Assembly: GCA_002269645.1 (NCBI GenBank)
Contig: NIVC01004139.1
Span: 1 to 58,482, forward strand
DNA length: 58,482 bases
Origin: Macrostomum lignano
Taxonomy: Eukaryota
Direction of reading: 5' to 3'
The position numbers and the translations under genes were made by a program. This document shows, in pieces, positions 35,375 through 48,800 of the stretch; position 1 is the first letter of the stretch; each line of letters starts with the position of its first letter. The notes beneath the pieces were generated by a model. That model saw only the letters and a program-made list of their open reading frames with translations. It searched no databases and was not told the origin of the DNA.

Positions 35375-36325
35375 CGTAAATGTGAAGTGTCGGAGACATG
35401 AAGTGTCGGAGATATGCAGTGTCGGAGATATGAAGTGTCGGAGACATGAAGTGTCGGAGATATGCAGTGTCGAATATATGAAGTGTCGGAGACATGAAGT
35501 GTCGGAGACATGAAGTGTCGGAGACATGAAGTGTCGAGACGTGAAGTGTCGGAGATATGAAGTGTCGGAGACATGAAGTGTCGGAGATATGCAGTGTCGA
35601 GACATGAAGTGTCGGAGACATGAAGTGTCGGAGATATGAAGTGTCGAAGATATGAAGTGTCGGAGACATGAAGTGTCGGAGACATGAAGTGTCGAAGATA
35701 TGAAGTGTCGAAGATATGAAGTGTCGGAGACATGAAGTGTCGGAGACATGAAGTGTCGGAGACATGAAGTGTCGGAGACATGAAGTGTCGAGACGTGAAG
35801 TGTCGGAGATATGAAGTGTCGGAGACATGAAGTGTCGAAGATATGAAGTGTCGGAGATATGCAGTGTCGAGACATGAAGTGTCGGAGACATGAAGTGTCG
35901 GAGATATGAAGTGTCGGAGACATGAAGTGTCGGAGACATGAAGTGTCGGAGACATGAAGTGTCGGAGATATGCAGTGTCGAGACATGAAGTGTCGGAGAT
36001 ATGAAGTGTCGAAGATATGAAGTGTCGGAGACATGAAGTGTCGGAGACATGAAGTGTCGAAGATATGAAGTGTCGAAGATAGGAAGTGTCGGAGACATGA
36101 AGTGTCGGAGATATGAAGTGTCGAAGATATGAAGTGTCGAGACGTGAAGTGTCGGAGATATGAAGTGTCGGAGACATGAAGTGTCGGAGATATGCAGTGT
36201 CGAATATATGAAGTGTCGGAGACATGAAGTGTCGAAGATATGAAGTGTCGAGACATTGTCGAGACATATGAAGTGTCGGAGACATGAAGTGTCAGAGATA
36301 TGTGAAGTGCTTTCGGAGATATGAT
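35375..36325. repeat. 15-16-bp minisatellite (ATGAAGTGTCGGAGAC/AT)
   Basis: About 60 units. Preceded by an inverted unit (CCGACACTTCATAT, about 35312-35325) and a TAGGGCTAGGGTTAGGGTT tract. Confidence 0.97.
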
Positions 36326-36647
36326 ATTTTAAAGATATGAAAGTTCCCCCCGCCCCCCCCCTAATCCCGAATTTCATAACCCAGCTAGCTAAATAAATGC
36401 TAGAACCACAATCCATTATCTCCCTTACCAAAACATTGATCCCAAAGTCTGGGCTAAATACTTTGCCGCTATTTTATTATTATAATAAAATCTTTGATCT
36501 GTTTGTAATGTTAGTCTCTTTTGAGAAATTTAATAACTCACCGTGTCTGTGTTCTGTTTTTTATGCTAGGCAGCTAGATAGAAATATGATTATCAAAATT
36601 TGGTATATGATGGTTTATTTCGGATTTTTTTCTTTATGTTCATAAAG

Positions 36648-36800
36648 CAGGGGTTGGTAAAAAATTTAACCTAAGGGGCATATAGAGGATCCAGCTCATG
36701 GCTGCTGGCCAGATGAGAGTGCAATGGAGACGGAATGGAAGATGAGAGAAGAGGGGAGAGGGGAGAGGCGATGGGAGGGGAGAGGGGAGAGAATATAGCT
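36648..36800 (+). mobile_element. hAT/Charlie-like MITE remnant
   Basis: CAGGGGTTGGTAAAAAATTT...ATCCAGCTCATG..GGCCAGATGAGAG plus a GA-rich tract; alignable with the reverse complement of 55600-55753. Confidence 0.5.
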
Positions 36801-36880
36801 GAGAAGAGACACAAACTTTGAGCGGACCTTTTAGTTTTATAGCGACCACTTTAAATTGCAGCAGTTCAAACAGCGCAGCG

Positions 36881-37096
36881 ATGTCGGCCGTGTTCAACTT
36901 TCAATCGTTATTAACTGTGGTACTGCTGCTCATTTGCACGTGCGCCTATTTCCGGCATTTATTTCCCAGGCTAATTGATCGCTACAAAACCGGACTGTCC
37001 GGCATATTCTGGAAGTGCGCCAGAATTGGGGAGCGAAAATCGCCATACGTTGCGTGCTGCTGTCTAGTCATGGCCGCTTGTGTGCTGTTCTACTGA
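36881..37096 (+). CDS. TMEM167: Protein kish-A (TMEM167), 71 aa, intronless
   Basis: [23 protein letters not shown]...[26 protein letters not shown] closely matches kish proteins. Confidence 0.97.
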   Translation: MSAVFNFQSLLTVVLLLICTCAYFRHLFPRLIDRYKTGLSGIFWKCARIGERKSPYVACCCLVMAACVLFY

Positions 37097-37567
37097 CAAT
37101 TCATCATTAGTTTGTTTTCTCGTATTACAAGGAGAAAATGTGCCTTGTCGAATCAGCGGCTAATAATGCTAAATTAATTCCTGAATTGAATTGAATGAAA
37201 TATGCGCGTTAGCTGCAGTTCTCAAAGGCAGTTTCTCCACGACTAAAGTTAGTGCAGAGGTAATTTTAATTGATTTTTATGTGCTGCTTATTCCGTGTCT
37301 CGCTTCTGTATAAATGATTATTTATGGTAAATTTTGTTTGCCCATTGTTTCTAGGAGAATTGGTGTGAAATTTGATTGATAAATAAATGAAAAGAATCTT
37401 GACGTAACAGTGTGCAAAATGGTTTGTGTTGTTAGCTAATCAAAACGGGTTTCTTGAATTGTTTTTTTCTTGTCTTGTCTGCTGAAAACTGGAAAGTGCA
37501 TCTACGAGCGTAGGGAACAAGTTTTCATCTCTTTGATCTTTAAAATGATGAGGGTTGAGTCGCATTG

Positions 37568-38176
37568 TCACTCGCAGTAGATCCAGAAGGCAGTCGCGCT
37601 AGCTCTGAAGGTTGGCCTCTCTAGCAAGCCAGTCACAAAGTCGTCAGTGGCGGGGTCGGTCACAGACCGGGATGCCTGCATTAGAATCTGCTCGGATTTC
37701 TGCGCGATCGTCACATGAACAATAATCTTATAGCGAGGACAGTTGTAGTTGTTTTTCATCCTGCGCTTCACGTCCTCGGAGACCATTTTGGCCAGCTTGG
37801 GACACGCCTTCGGATCGTACTTGGACTCTCCGAGGAAGAATCTGAGGCTGTTGTCCACGATTTGTTGCACCTCCTTCGGCGGGAACTTCTTAGTCGAGTC
37901 CGGCTCTAGGCGGTAGGTGTTCTCCATCTTCTTGACGGGTCGGTTGCGTCGGTGCCTCGCCCGGATGTCGCCGATCCGCTTCTTGAGCATCATGAGGGTC
38001 GCCAGGCTCGGCTGTTTTGGCCGAGGCGTCCCGCCGGCCGCTTTTGGCCTAGCCGGTCCTGCTTCATCCGGACCGTCTGGCGACCCTTTGCCAGCGTTTG
38101 ACGGCTTCAGCTGGCTGGGACTCGGAGCCGATACGGTAGAGATTCGCTTCTTGCCGCTGTTCATAACTGTTGGCAT
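37568..38176 (-). CDS. Tctex1-domain dynein light chain (TCTEX1D/DYNLT-like), 202 aa, intronless
   Basis: MENTYRLEP...FPPKEVQQIV...YDPKACPKLAKMVSEDVKRRMK...PRYKIIVHVTI...TDDF...WIYCE after a disordered N-terminus. Confidence 0.92.
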   Translation of the reverse strand: MPTVMNSGKKRISTVSAPSPSQLKPSNAGKGSPDGPDEAGPARPKAAGGTPRPKQPSLATLMMLKKRIGDIRARHRRNRPVKKMENTYRLEPDSTKKFPPKEVQQIVDNSLRFFLGESKYDPKACPKLAKMVSEDVKRRMKNNYNCPRYKIIVHVTIAQKSEQILMQASRSVTDPATDDFVTGLLERPTFRASATAFWIYCE

Positions 38177-41100
38177 CGACTAAACGTAATCTGCAAATTC
38201 TGTCGTAGTTGACTTGTCTGTGTGCCTTTGCTCAGCTTTTAATTTTTCTGCTTCGAAAAAATACCATGGGAACCTGTGGCTCTCCTTACACTACCAGGCG
38301 TCGCTCTCCTGCCCAATAGCCGTATGCTAAGCGCTGAGTAAACATTTGAAAGCAGTTGGTTGCTCTCTCTACACTCGGTTGCTGCATATTCCTTCTAGAG
38401 GCAGGCAACGAAGTTCTATTTGATGAGACATTGTGTGCAAACAGTGCAGTCTGCTAGCTTTATATTGGTTTGGTAGTAGGTTCAGTCTCAGAGTATGTCA
38501 ACCAATTTCGTTTAGGTGATAGTATAAAAAAATATCCTCAAACTGTCGGCTTACTAACTTCTTGCTTTGGTTTGGATCCGACCTTGAAATTATGAAGATC
38601 AATTACGTGGCCAATTGTGTAGCATCCCGCTCTAAATTATTTTTAATCATTTTTGTGCCAAAATTAATTCAAACGGTTGGTGGAGTCAACTAGAATATCG
38701 CAGTATTTAGAATTTAAAATAAAATCAGGTCAAAGTAGGTCCCAGAAAATCAACCCAGGAGCGTCGTCACCCGGGGGAGGGGGCAGGGGACATGCCCCCT
38801 CAGTAAAAGCTATGGGGGGCATGCCAATGCTTTGTCCGCCCACCCCACCTTGAGACCTGTTATGGAAATCAGTAATTTTGCCTTAGGGCAACTGATGGTT
38901 TTCGGCCCCTTGTGGGGAAGCCTTCGGGCCTCAGGTCTCAGAAATAAATCAATTAGAGTCCTGCCCCCCCACTCCTGTCAGATGGTCAGCCCCATTGTAG
39001 CTTGATCGTGTGGCGAGCAGTCTAGGTCCTATAGCTAAGAGAGGGACAGCGAGAGACAAGCAGGGAGAATTTTGAAGGTAGAGATCAGCTAATCCGCAGA
39101 TTAACTAACCCGCTGCCACCAGCCCGTACGTCCTGGCTCACCACACCGGAAATTTCGAAATCGGGCTTCCGACTAGAGGGGGCTTAGCGCTTACCTGCCA
39201 ACTAGTGTCTTTTTGCTGTCAATCTCGAAGTCATAGCCGATGTAAAGGGACACTGCTGGGACTTGATCGCATTGGCCATGCAGGTACAGAGGGGACTTGT
39301 GCAGGGGATTCTTGCAGTGGCGAGACTATGGGGTAGCTACATGTACTATTACATTGCTAAATACGAGGAATTGTACTTTTGGCCTTCAACGCGCCAACTA
39401 GCCTCTCGTAGCGCTGATGATACACTAACTCGAACTTCGGAGACCGCATAATTCATTACCCGAGCCGCTTGGCGAACCTAGAGTGCACAAAGTACATCTC
39501 TAGCGCCGAGTTTGCACTATTGGCAATTTTGCTCACTGATTTGATAGATTGATCGACTGAGAACCACCTTGCCATTGGTCCACTGTAACCGGCGCCTACT
39601 AGCTTAGCTACTCATCTGAGCCATCGGCGAACAAAGAAATAAAACCGATAAAAATAACTGTCGGATTTAACCTTCTCCTTAAATCACTTCACACTTCAGA
39701 TTGAATTGGAGTTTTAGACTACTAATAGTATTATTAAGTGATTTCTGCCTCGATAACAGCACTGCTGAACAAAATGAGCCAATCCCAATCCAGCTACTGA
39801 AATAGGGGACAGATAAGGAATCACCCAATCAAGCAAGTCTAGGCAGCCTCTCACCCAACCAATCAGAAACTCAACAGCCGGAGACCAGGTAATCCACAGT
39901 GACCGAATCGGCTTAGTGCTTCGCAGCTGTAGGCCCGGGATGATGCTGATGTCACAATCTTTGTAGATAGCTAGCAGGTGATGCTCTTAACTTTGATGTT
40001 CACTGCTGATGACCGGGGAATTCGTCCTTGATGATGGGGGGAGTCGCAATCCGGGGATCAAGAAACGACGGTCAGGCCAGGGAGAGAGCAAGTTCCTGGC
40101 CGGTCACCAGAAAGGGTTTTGCAGGGTTAGTCCGAGCAGGCCAAAAACACCGGTTTAAATAGCCGCCAAGTGGACCGCAGTTGGTTATAATGGAACACGT
40201 CGATTGTCATTGGCTGAGCCGATTTGTTAAAATGAGCGTCGAATTTTCTGATTGGCTGAGCTTGCTGCATGCTACCCAGAATTACGTGACCGGGAGATCC
40301 TATCAGTTCCTTCGGGGTCGTAAAAATATGACAGGTGCGGCTATAAATCAATCAAAATCGCAACAAAATGATTTATGGCTTTTCGCGTAGAATTGACAAA
40401 AACTAATGAAAAAATATACATTAGAAAGCTCTTATTAAGTAGAAAGTGAAGATAATGAAGAGAAATCGCTAATCGCTAATCCCAACGTACTTTGAGGGGT
40501 AAAACGCATAGTTGTCAAAGCTGTCACACGCTTGAGTAAACACGAACAATATAATAGGCCCTGACCTAATAAATCTTGATGGCCTGTCAAAATGATGAGA
40601 AAAAAGCTACCGCCCGCATCCTCTCAGACCATCTGGCGCCAGCCCCAGCACTGAGTGAGGCGCAGGTGGCTGTCAGACCAGCTCAGACGCAATGATTTAT
40701 GACCCAAAAGCAGCAAAAAACCGCGCCTATGTTATTATAACTACAAGTATGGTGGATTAATATAGCTACAGAATTGTCCTACTAGTATGAATTCTAGAAA
40801 AATTGCAAAAGAGGGAGAAAAACGCCCATAGCCTGCTGTCAGTAGGGAGCAAGTTTGGAACCCATGTGCGAGCGTGAAATTTGGAAAAAAGTGCGTCCTC
40901 ATCACAACAAATGAGTGCTACTGACAATACCGATTCTCAAAATATTGTAGGAATTTATTTATGTAGAATTCTTGACTTCCCTCACTATAAACTCCATTGC
41001 GACACGCCCGTCACAGCCTGTGACACGGAATTAAGGAAACTCCGTGTCTCCGGAGTCCGTGTCCTCACTCGGCAGTCATGTTATACATCTCGCCCGTCTC

Positions 41101-43540
41101 TTTCAGATCAATTTTCCTCACTCGGTTCCCCGTTCCCCTCATTAGCACCTGTCAGTCTCCCAGGATAATTTAGTTCAGACTAGCATGTATATCAGAGAAA
41201 TTAGAGCCCAAAACTGGGACGTTCGCAATTTATATACTATTCAATTGCAGTTAGCTACATGTAAAATATGTAGCTAAACCCTCCATGAACCCGTTAGGCA
41301 TGTGATTCTTAAAGCAATTATAGTAGTATGTTCATGTACGAGTACATGTATAGTTTAAATGATCATTCTGCAAGCTGACTCAAACTGTACATGTAGAGAA
41401 CACAATTCACGGGCTTTCACATTTTTTCAATCGATCTAGGCGGCCTCTACTGTGAACTAACAAAATTAAATTAATTCTTAATTAAAACACTACAGTATAT
41501 CCGATCTGATGCATGATTTCTACATGTAGTACCGTTACATGCCTCATTTATTTCACATGTCTGGGTAATGCTATCCATGTACATGTATGCTATAAATTGT
41601 ACATGTAATGCGCCCATTGCGAGTCACATCTTTATTTTAAACGTGTGATCGAATAAAACTACAGCTAAACTATTGCTGCAGTGTATACAATATAAATATG
41701 CAGATGCATACATGTATATGTACAGCAGTATAAAAGAATAGAAAGTATATATGAATCTAAACCTTACAGTAAACTTAGCTTCGCAATTAGATCAGTTGAA
41801 GAAAAAAACGAAAAAATGTGAATTGGCATTACATCGACAGCATGCCATTGCTGTCGATCCTTGATCCTGATGCAATTTTTATGCCCAAACTCTGCAAAAA
41901 ATTATCCCTCAAAAAATTGAAATTATTATAGTGCTCCTTGATTATTTCCCTTATGTCATCATAACTTTTTTACGCCTAACGTTATATATCATAGTGTGAG
42001 GATCAAACTTTATTTTCTATCTTTATAATTCATTTATTGTTTCTTTTAATTAATAATTTTAGCATTTTTGGAAACCGTAAGAGAATACGGGAGAATTCAG
42101 GAAAAGTAACGATTATCACTTAAAATAGTGATTTCAGTAGCAATTAACTTATACCAATTTCCGAGGCAAACAACACGAAACATTTAAAAAACGAATTAAC
42201 AAATTAAATAAAATAGTAATTGTAAAATCTACTACTAGGTGCTTCAATATACGTTATAGAAGTGATTTTTGTAAACAGCTTTGAAAAAAGCTTGAACTTT
42301 GAAAAAGTAAAAACTTGCAACTCAATTTTCGCTTTTTGAAATGCATAACACACTAGACCCGCGTTGACCAATCTGGATGCCGTGCAATCACACTTCACTC
42401 ACACTCACATCACATGTAAGATGTATGTAACGTATGCAGCTTGTGTAAGCAGTTCAGGGCCAGTGCCCAGACTCGCGCGTACCTACATTTATTATTTTTT
42501 TATATTAAAACATGGGAATGAGACTGTCTACCTGACTCGAATAATTTTTAATAATAACTATTGCTATTATAAATATTATGCATTGCGTATACTGCTTATG
42601 CCCAGTCCTAGATTGAATCCTGGATCCCACATTACCGGCTATTAGTAGGCCTACTGAAGAAATTAAATTTAAAGCTCAATTAAAACTTGTTTTTTGGCTT
42701 AAAGGTCACTTTTTAGTGATGACTGCTGAGTGCATGTAAAATTAGCTATAGAGCCTAGAGGTAGCTGCCTACTTGGCTACTAATGATACTATACTATAGT
42801 ATAGAAGTATAGAACCGTAGTATAGACTGGCTCTTCAATTGTATCATAAATTTACCAAGTTTACTAGACTTAATCCCTTATGCTTTCCAATGGCTTTCCA
42901 TATACTAAAAATGGTTTGTTGGTATTTCCATCTATCAGTATGTGATCAATTTTTATCAAAAATAGCTCAACCGATTTTCTTCAAACTTGCACCATTTTGT
43001 CAGAAATTTTTCCATCATGGTATATGCATTGTGGCTAAGAAATTGCTTGATGATAAAGGGATTAAATATTTGAAAAACATGCTTTTTTGCAAAGTCAAGC
43101 TGCTTTTTTGACTTGAAATGCATTGTATGAATGCTTTAGAAAAAATTTACTAGTTAAATTTTGATTCTAAAATAGATTGTATTATACTAGGCATTTTATT
43201 CATTCAGTCTATACTAGCTAAATTTTGACACTAAATTTAATTGTTACACTGTTGAAAATGCAGTGTTAAAGCATAGCGCAAAACTTAATTTATACTACAT
43301 AAAAATAGTACTAGTCTCTATTAAAATTAGCAATAACTTGCCTATGAAATTGATTATGTCATAACTGACTTGGTACAAGTATTGAATTATAAGTGCTACA
43401 AATTCATTGATAAATTCAATGCGAGCTAGGCCTAGTCTAGATGTGTACAGACTAAACTGCTAATTTAGCAACCTTATCTTAGTAGTTCAAATCTTAGTAG
43501 TGTAATTTTTTATTGAAAGCTTTTATTAATAGACTAATAA

Positions 43541-43810
43541 ACCAAGCACTTGATAAACCAAGGATTATTGCATTTGATAACCAAGCACTATTGTACTTGA
43601 TAAACCAAGGACTATTGCACTTGATAAACCAAGGATTATCGCACTTGATAACCAAGGATTATTGCACTTGATAACCAAGCACTATTGCACTTGATAAACC
43701 AAGGAGTATTGCACTTGATAACCAAGGATTATTGCACTTGATAAACCAATGATTATTTCACTTAATAAACCAAGGATTATTGCACTTGATAAGTCAAGGA
43801 TTATTGCACT
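43541..43810. repeat. 23-24-bp minisatellite (TTGATAAACCAAGGATTATTGCAC)
   Basis: About 11 units, followed by a short ATGCTTGCTATC repeat at about 43850-43945. Confidence 0.93.
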
Positions 43811-45804
43811 AGCTTAGAAAGGGCCATTGTACTAGCTAAGACATCTGGGAGAATGCTTGCTAACTTTAGGATGCTTGCTATCAGGGGATGCTTGATATCT
43901 GTAAGATGCTTGCTATCTGTGGGATGCTTGCTATCTTAGGGAAGTTTTCTATTTAAGGGGAATGTCTGTTATCTTTGTGGAAGCTTTTATTTTATTGTCT
44001 TTTTGGTACTATTAAAGAAAAGAGATTCATAACAAACATCTTTGTCTGTGACAATTTTACTTGGATAAGGTGATTTATAAAACTGAAGAAGGAATTGATT
44101 CTTAAGAAAATGTGCTTTGGATAGATTTGCATGAAAAATTTTTACTCCTTGCTTTTTGGGTGCCCTATAGGGGGCACTAGATTGCTAGTCTATATACTAA
44201 AAATAAATTGTCAAAACACTTTGGATTCTAGACTAAACATATATTGATGCTATATACAATAAAGGAAAAAATTATCTTTTTTATAAAACAATATTTTTAG
44301 AGATTAAGGATGCCCTTGGCTCAAAGTGATGTCATTGGCATTGGTTAAATTTATTAATTATGTATCATAGTATTTTATTATTTATACAATATTGATATAT
44401 CTTAGTAAGTAAATATGATTATTCTTCTGTATACATACTCAGATCAATCTACTAGATGCATGTGTTATTAATCTAACAAGTCCCAGATTTTAATCAACTA
44501 AACTCACATATCCTAAGCCATGGTGAAATACTCATAGCTAAACTGTAAATCCACTCTTATACTGATACAATATATGCGCAACAGCCTTGCTTTACACCGG
44601 CCGTGCTACTTACTTTTAGACCACAAATGTGACTTTTCTGACTTACCTATGAAAAAACCTAAGCAAAAGTTGTCGTAAGTTAAGGTAAATGGCAAGAGTA
44701 ATAATGACTGTATTATTTAGGCTAAATGCCTCGTCATCTAACTAGTACATCTATTTTGGGTGGGCATTTTGCAACTTACTTTGGCTGGGCCCTTTGCCAG
44801 CCAGCCAGCCAGATTGGCCAGGTGTTGCACATGTATGATAAACTTATAATGAAAAATGAAACACTAACAGTCTGTTGTGTCTTATATTGGCAATCTTTTT
44901 CAAATTATATATAACATTGAAAATGAACTCAAACAATAAGAAGCAGAGCTAGTACATAGGCCCTATTGGCAAAAATTTGAAGATTTTAATCCAATATTAC
45001 AAGCATAAGAGTGGATTTACAGTTAAGCCATTTTATCATGACTTAGGATTTGTAAGTTTAGTTGACTAATCTAAGATTTGAAAGATTATTAGATTAATTA
45101 TACATGTATCTAATAGGTTAATATAAGCTAAGACATGAAATGAAATTAATAACAAGCTTATTCTTAATCTATTTTAAAATCTATACAATAATTTTATTTT
45201 AGTCTATAAAAAACTTAGTGTTATCTAGTAGAAATTATATAAAACTATATAAATTATAACCAATATTATTTGCAATTTTTTATATAATTGTAATATAATA
45301 TTTATAGTTAACAATCTACTTTTCCAATCAATATAAATAAAATCAAGAAAAAAATAACAATTTATATATCAAAACAAAAAGAAAACATTTAGGAATAATT
45401 TTTTAAAACCAAATAAAAAAGAACTTTGCGCCAAAAAGGATTTTGCTAATATTTTATTATTAAAAAACCCATAATATATAAAAAAACCTTTAACCATCTT
45501 TATATTCCATTAAAACTTTTTTACTTAACTCAAGAGTATTTATTTAATTAAATTCAATTTACTCATATAGACTTAAGATATTATTAAGATACTTTAATTT
45601 TTTTGTAAAAATTACTTTTTTAATTGAAAAAAATTGCATATTTGAATTTTATTCAATAAATAAAATTTGTAGCCCTAGATAGAACATAGAAGAAAACAAA
45701 TAAAGAAACAGCCTATTCTTGCACAAACTATTTTTCTCTCAAATAATTCATATCTAATTTGATAATTGCTTTTTTCAGTTCTAGTGGCACATTCTAGACT
45801 CAAT

Positions 45805-48800
45805 ATGGAACAAAAATCCATGGACGATGAGCTTCGTTGCGACATCTGTCGCGAGTTTTACCGCGACCGCGCGTTATGCCGTGCGGCCACTCGTTTTGCT
45901 TGGACTGCATTCGTCAATGGGTGCAGAATAAGCCGATTTGTCCCATGTGCCGCGGTCCCGGGCCCAGCCCCGTCTGTGTTGACAGCCTGCCGCGCAATTT
46001 CGCCGTTGCTAGCCTGGTTAGTAACAGTTTGGCGTGATTATGACAACAGCAAAATCGTCATAACTCCATATAATAAAAATAAAAAATTGAACTGTCTAAG
46101 GGGTCGGCCTTCAATACCTCGTGGGTGAGAATCGAGCCTCAAATTAATGTGATCGCGCATGGAATCGAATCAGGGGTCGTGACGCAAAATTCAGACTGTC
46201 TGAAGGTTTTTAACCTGCCTTGTTCCGTCTTGGTCTAGCTGACTCTGTCAATGTAGACCTCAATTAGAAGTTTCTTTGTCTTTAAAGTGATTTTTTGACT
46301 CTCGTCAAGACTCAAGTAAAAAGGAGCATTCGGGACGGTCTTACTTAAGTAGGATGGAGCATTCGGGATGGTTTTACTCAAGTAGGAAGGAGCATTCGGG
46401 ATGGTTTTACTCAATTAGGAAGGAGCATTCGGGATGGTCTTACTCAATTAGGAAGGAGCATTCGGGATGGTCTTACTCAATTAGGAAGGAGCATTCGGGA
46501 TGGTCTTACTCAATTAGGAAGGAGCATTCGGGATGGTCTTACTCAAGTAGGATGGAGCATTCGGGGCTTAAGCAGGATGGAGCATTCCGGAAGATCGCGA
46601 TCAAAGGTACAGCATCATACAGCCTCAAACATTAGCATCCTTGGTCGAAAACGCAGAAAAATCTCGTGAAAATGTTGAGTTGAGATCAAACTTGATGGTT
46701 GTACTTCATTCCAGTCTCGTGGAATCGCAGCAATCCACTACTTGTTAATAAGTTGACCATTTTCCAGCAGAAGAAACCTGTGCACAGGTATACTTGCATC
46801 TTTCTCATGCTGACGAAAGGCCAGTATTGCAGCGAGGTACACAGGTCCATGAATGTGTTACTCTCTTCCTCGCCCTAAACTTGATAAGGACTCGAAGACG
46901 CTTGACAGCTAGAAATAGGCAGATTTGCAACTAGCTTGGTTTCGGACATAGACATGGAGTGAGTTGAGATTTGAGTGAATTTAGTTAGCATCGGCTTATT
47001 TAGAGCAAAAAATTAGAGGTGGGACACAGCTAACACAGAATCTTGGCATTTGTATGAAAATCATCATCACAAAAACCTCAAGATTTCATCCTGACAATAT
47101 GCGTCACTCTATTCGAACAAAATTGAACCCCAGAAATACCATCGTATCGTATTTTAGATTGTTCGAGCTACCGAATCTGCTCAATCCGATGGCGCTGAAT
47201 CCTCGGCTGGCTCGACTGCTGCCGCTTCAGGTGTCGGTGGCCCAGTCGCTGGTTCAACCGTTGGATCTAGCTCCGGAGCTGACGCTGCTGCCGCCGCCTG
47301 CGTCCAATGCGATAGTCGTAGCCGCCATTCAACGGTGTGCCGTCACTGCTGGCGCTCTCTGTGCCAGATCTGTATGAGCGATCACGTCTCCTTATTGCGC
47401 AGCAGCCTGATGCAGAGGGCCGACGATTTACTATGCGACGCCAGCCTGCGAAAAAGCGAAGCGCGCCTATTTATCCAGAGCGCATCGGAATGGCAGGTCG
47501 TTGTCGATGGTGTGAAAAGTTTGCAGAATGTTGTTAACAACATCGCGGCCAAGGTTGATTTGTTTGCCAAATCTTGGCACAATGTTGCGAGTAGCGAATC
47601 AATTGCCGAGCTAATCTCCGTTGCTAAGGAGGCCAAGAAAATTGGCAGCGGGACCTACGGCATCAATCTGAACGATCCGGTCGAACTGTCGACCTATTCG
47701 ACCGTCATTGACGGCATCAGGCGTCGCCTGGAAGAGGTTGACGGTGGCACTAACATGCCCGAACTGCCGAGTGGCTACGGGGATAGCTTGGCCCAGGTGA
47801 TGAGTGCCATACCTACCGCTCACGACGCGGCGGACTGTCTCAAAGATCTTGTTGACATGCTGCCGAAGGCGCCCGCTATGCCGCCAGAAGCTCTAGCCGT
47901 GGCCAACGCGGCTGCCCAGCTGACGCAGCCGGTGCCCCCGCCGGCGCCTCAATGCAAGGACGCGGCTGTTTTACTGCTAACTGGCCGAAAGCTTCGCACC
48001 ATTGCCGGCGAATTTATTGCCAAGGGCAGGCACCAGATTGCCATTGAGATAAGTCGATCAGCGGCGGATCTGCTGCATCCTAGCATTGACCTCGCCGGCA
48101 GGTGCGAGCTTGGCTACACGCTCTGCGTCTTTGCCGACGCCCTGCATTGCCATGGAGATAGTAGAGAAGCCTCCCGCCTCTTGTGCGACGCTTTTCGCGT
48201 ATTTGGCGAAGTTGGCCTCTATAATGGCCTGCTAGTTGTGCCTATTGTTGCCTCAGTGTTGAGAACTCTAATTGAGTCGGATTCCGTTAGCGATGCTAAA
48301 CGATTGTGCCATGACGTGCTTAACGCTATTATTTCGCTTGTAAGCTGTTCTTCTGACTGAGTTCTTGCTAGCTAAGTACTGTCTTTATTGCCACCACTTC
48401 CCGTATTGACGCCTTCTCGTCCACCTTGGAGGACTGCTATCCACTTTCTCGTCCACCTTGGAGGACTGCTATCCACTCTCGTCCACCTTGGAGGACTGCT
48501 ATCCACTTTCTCGTCCACCTTGGAGGACTGCTATCCACTTTCTCGTCCACCTTGGAGGACTGCTATCCACTTTCTCGTCCACCTTGGAGGACTGCTATCC
48601 ACTTTCTCGTCCACCTTGGAGGACTGCTATCCACTTTCTCGTCCACCTTGGAGGACTGCTATCCACTTTCTCGTCCACCTTGGAGGACTGCTATCCACTT
48701 TCTCGTCCACCTTGGAGGACTGCTATCCACTTTCTCGTCCACCTTGGAGGACTGCTATCCACTTTCTCGTCCACCTTGGAGGACTGCTATCCTTTTTCTC

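Noticed and set aside
35264-36431. Three overlapping ORFs of 320-360 aa
   Set aside because: All three frames are open only because the 15-16-bp unit lacks stops on that strand.
38757-39025. GC-rich segment starting CAGGAGCGTCGTCACCCGGGGG, hAT-MITE-like
   Set aside because: No convincing right terminal or target-site duplication.
42601-42635. GTCCTAGATTGAATCCTGG, reminiscent of a tRNA T-arm
   Set aside because: No cloverleaf or A box; at most a SINE relic.
45100-45760. Extremely AT-rich tract considered as a mitochondrial insertion
   Set aside because: No mitochondrial gene, rRNA or tRNA motif recognisable.
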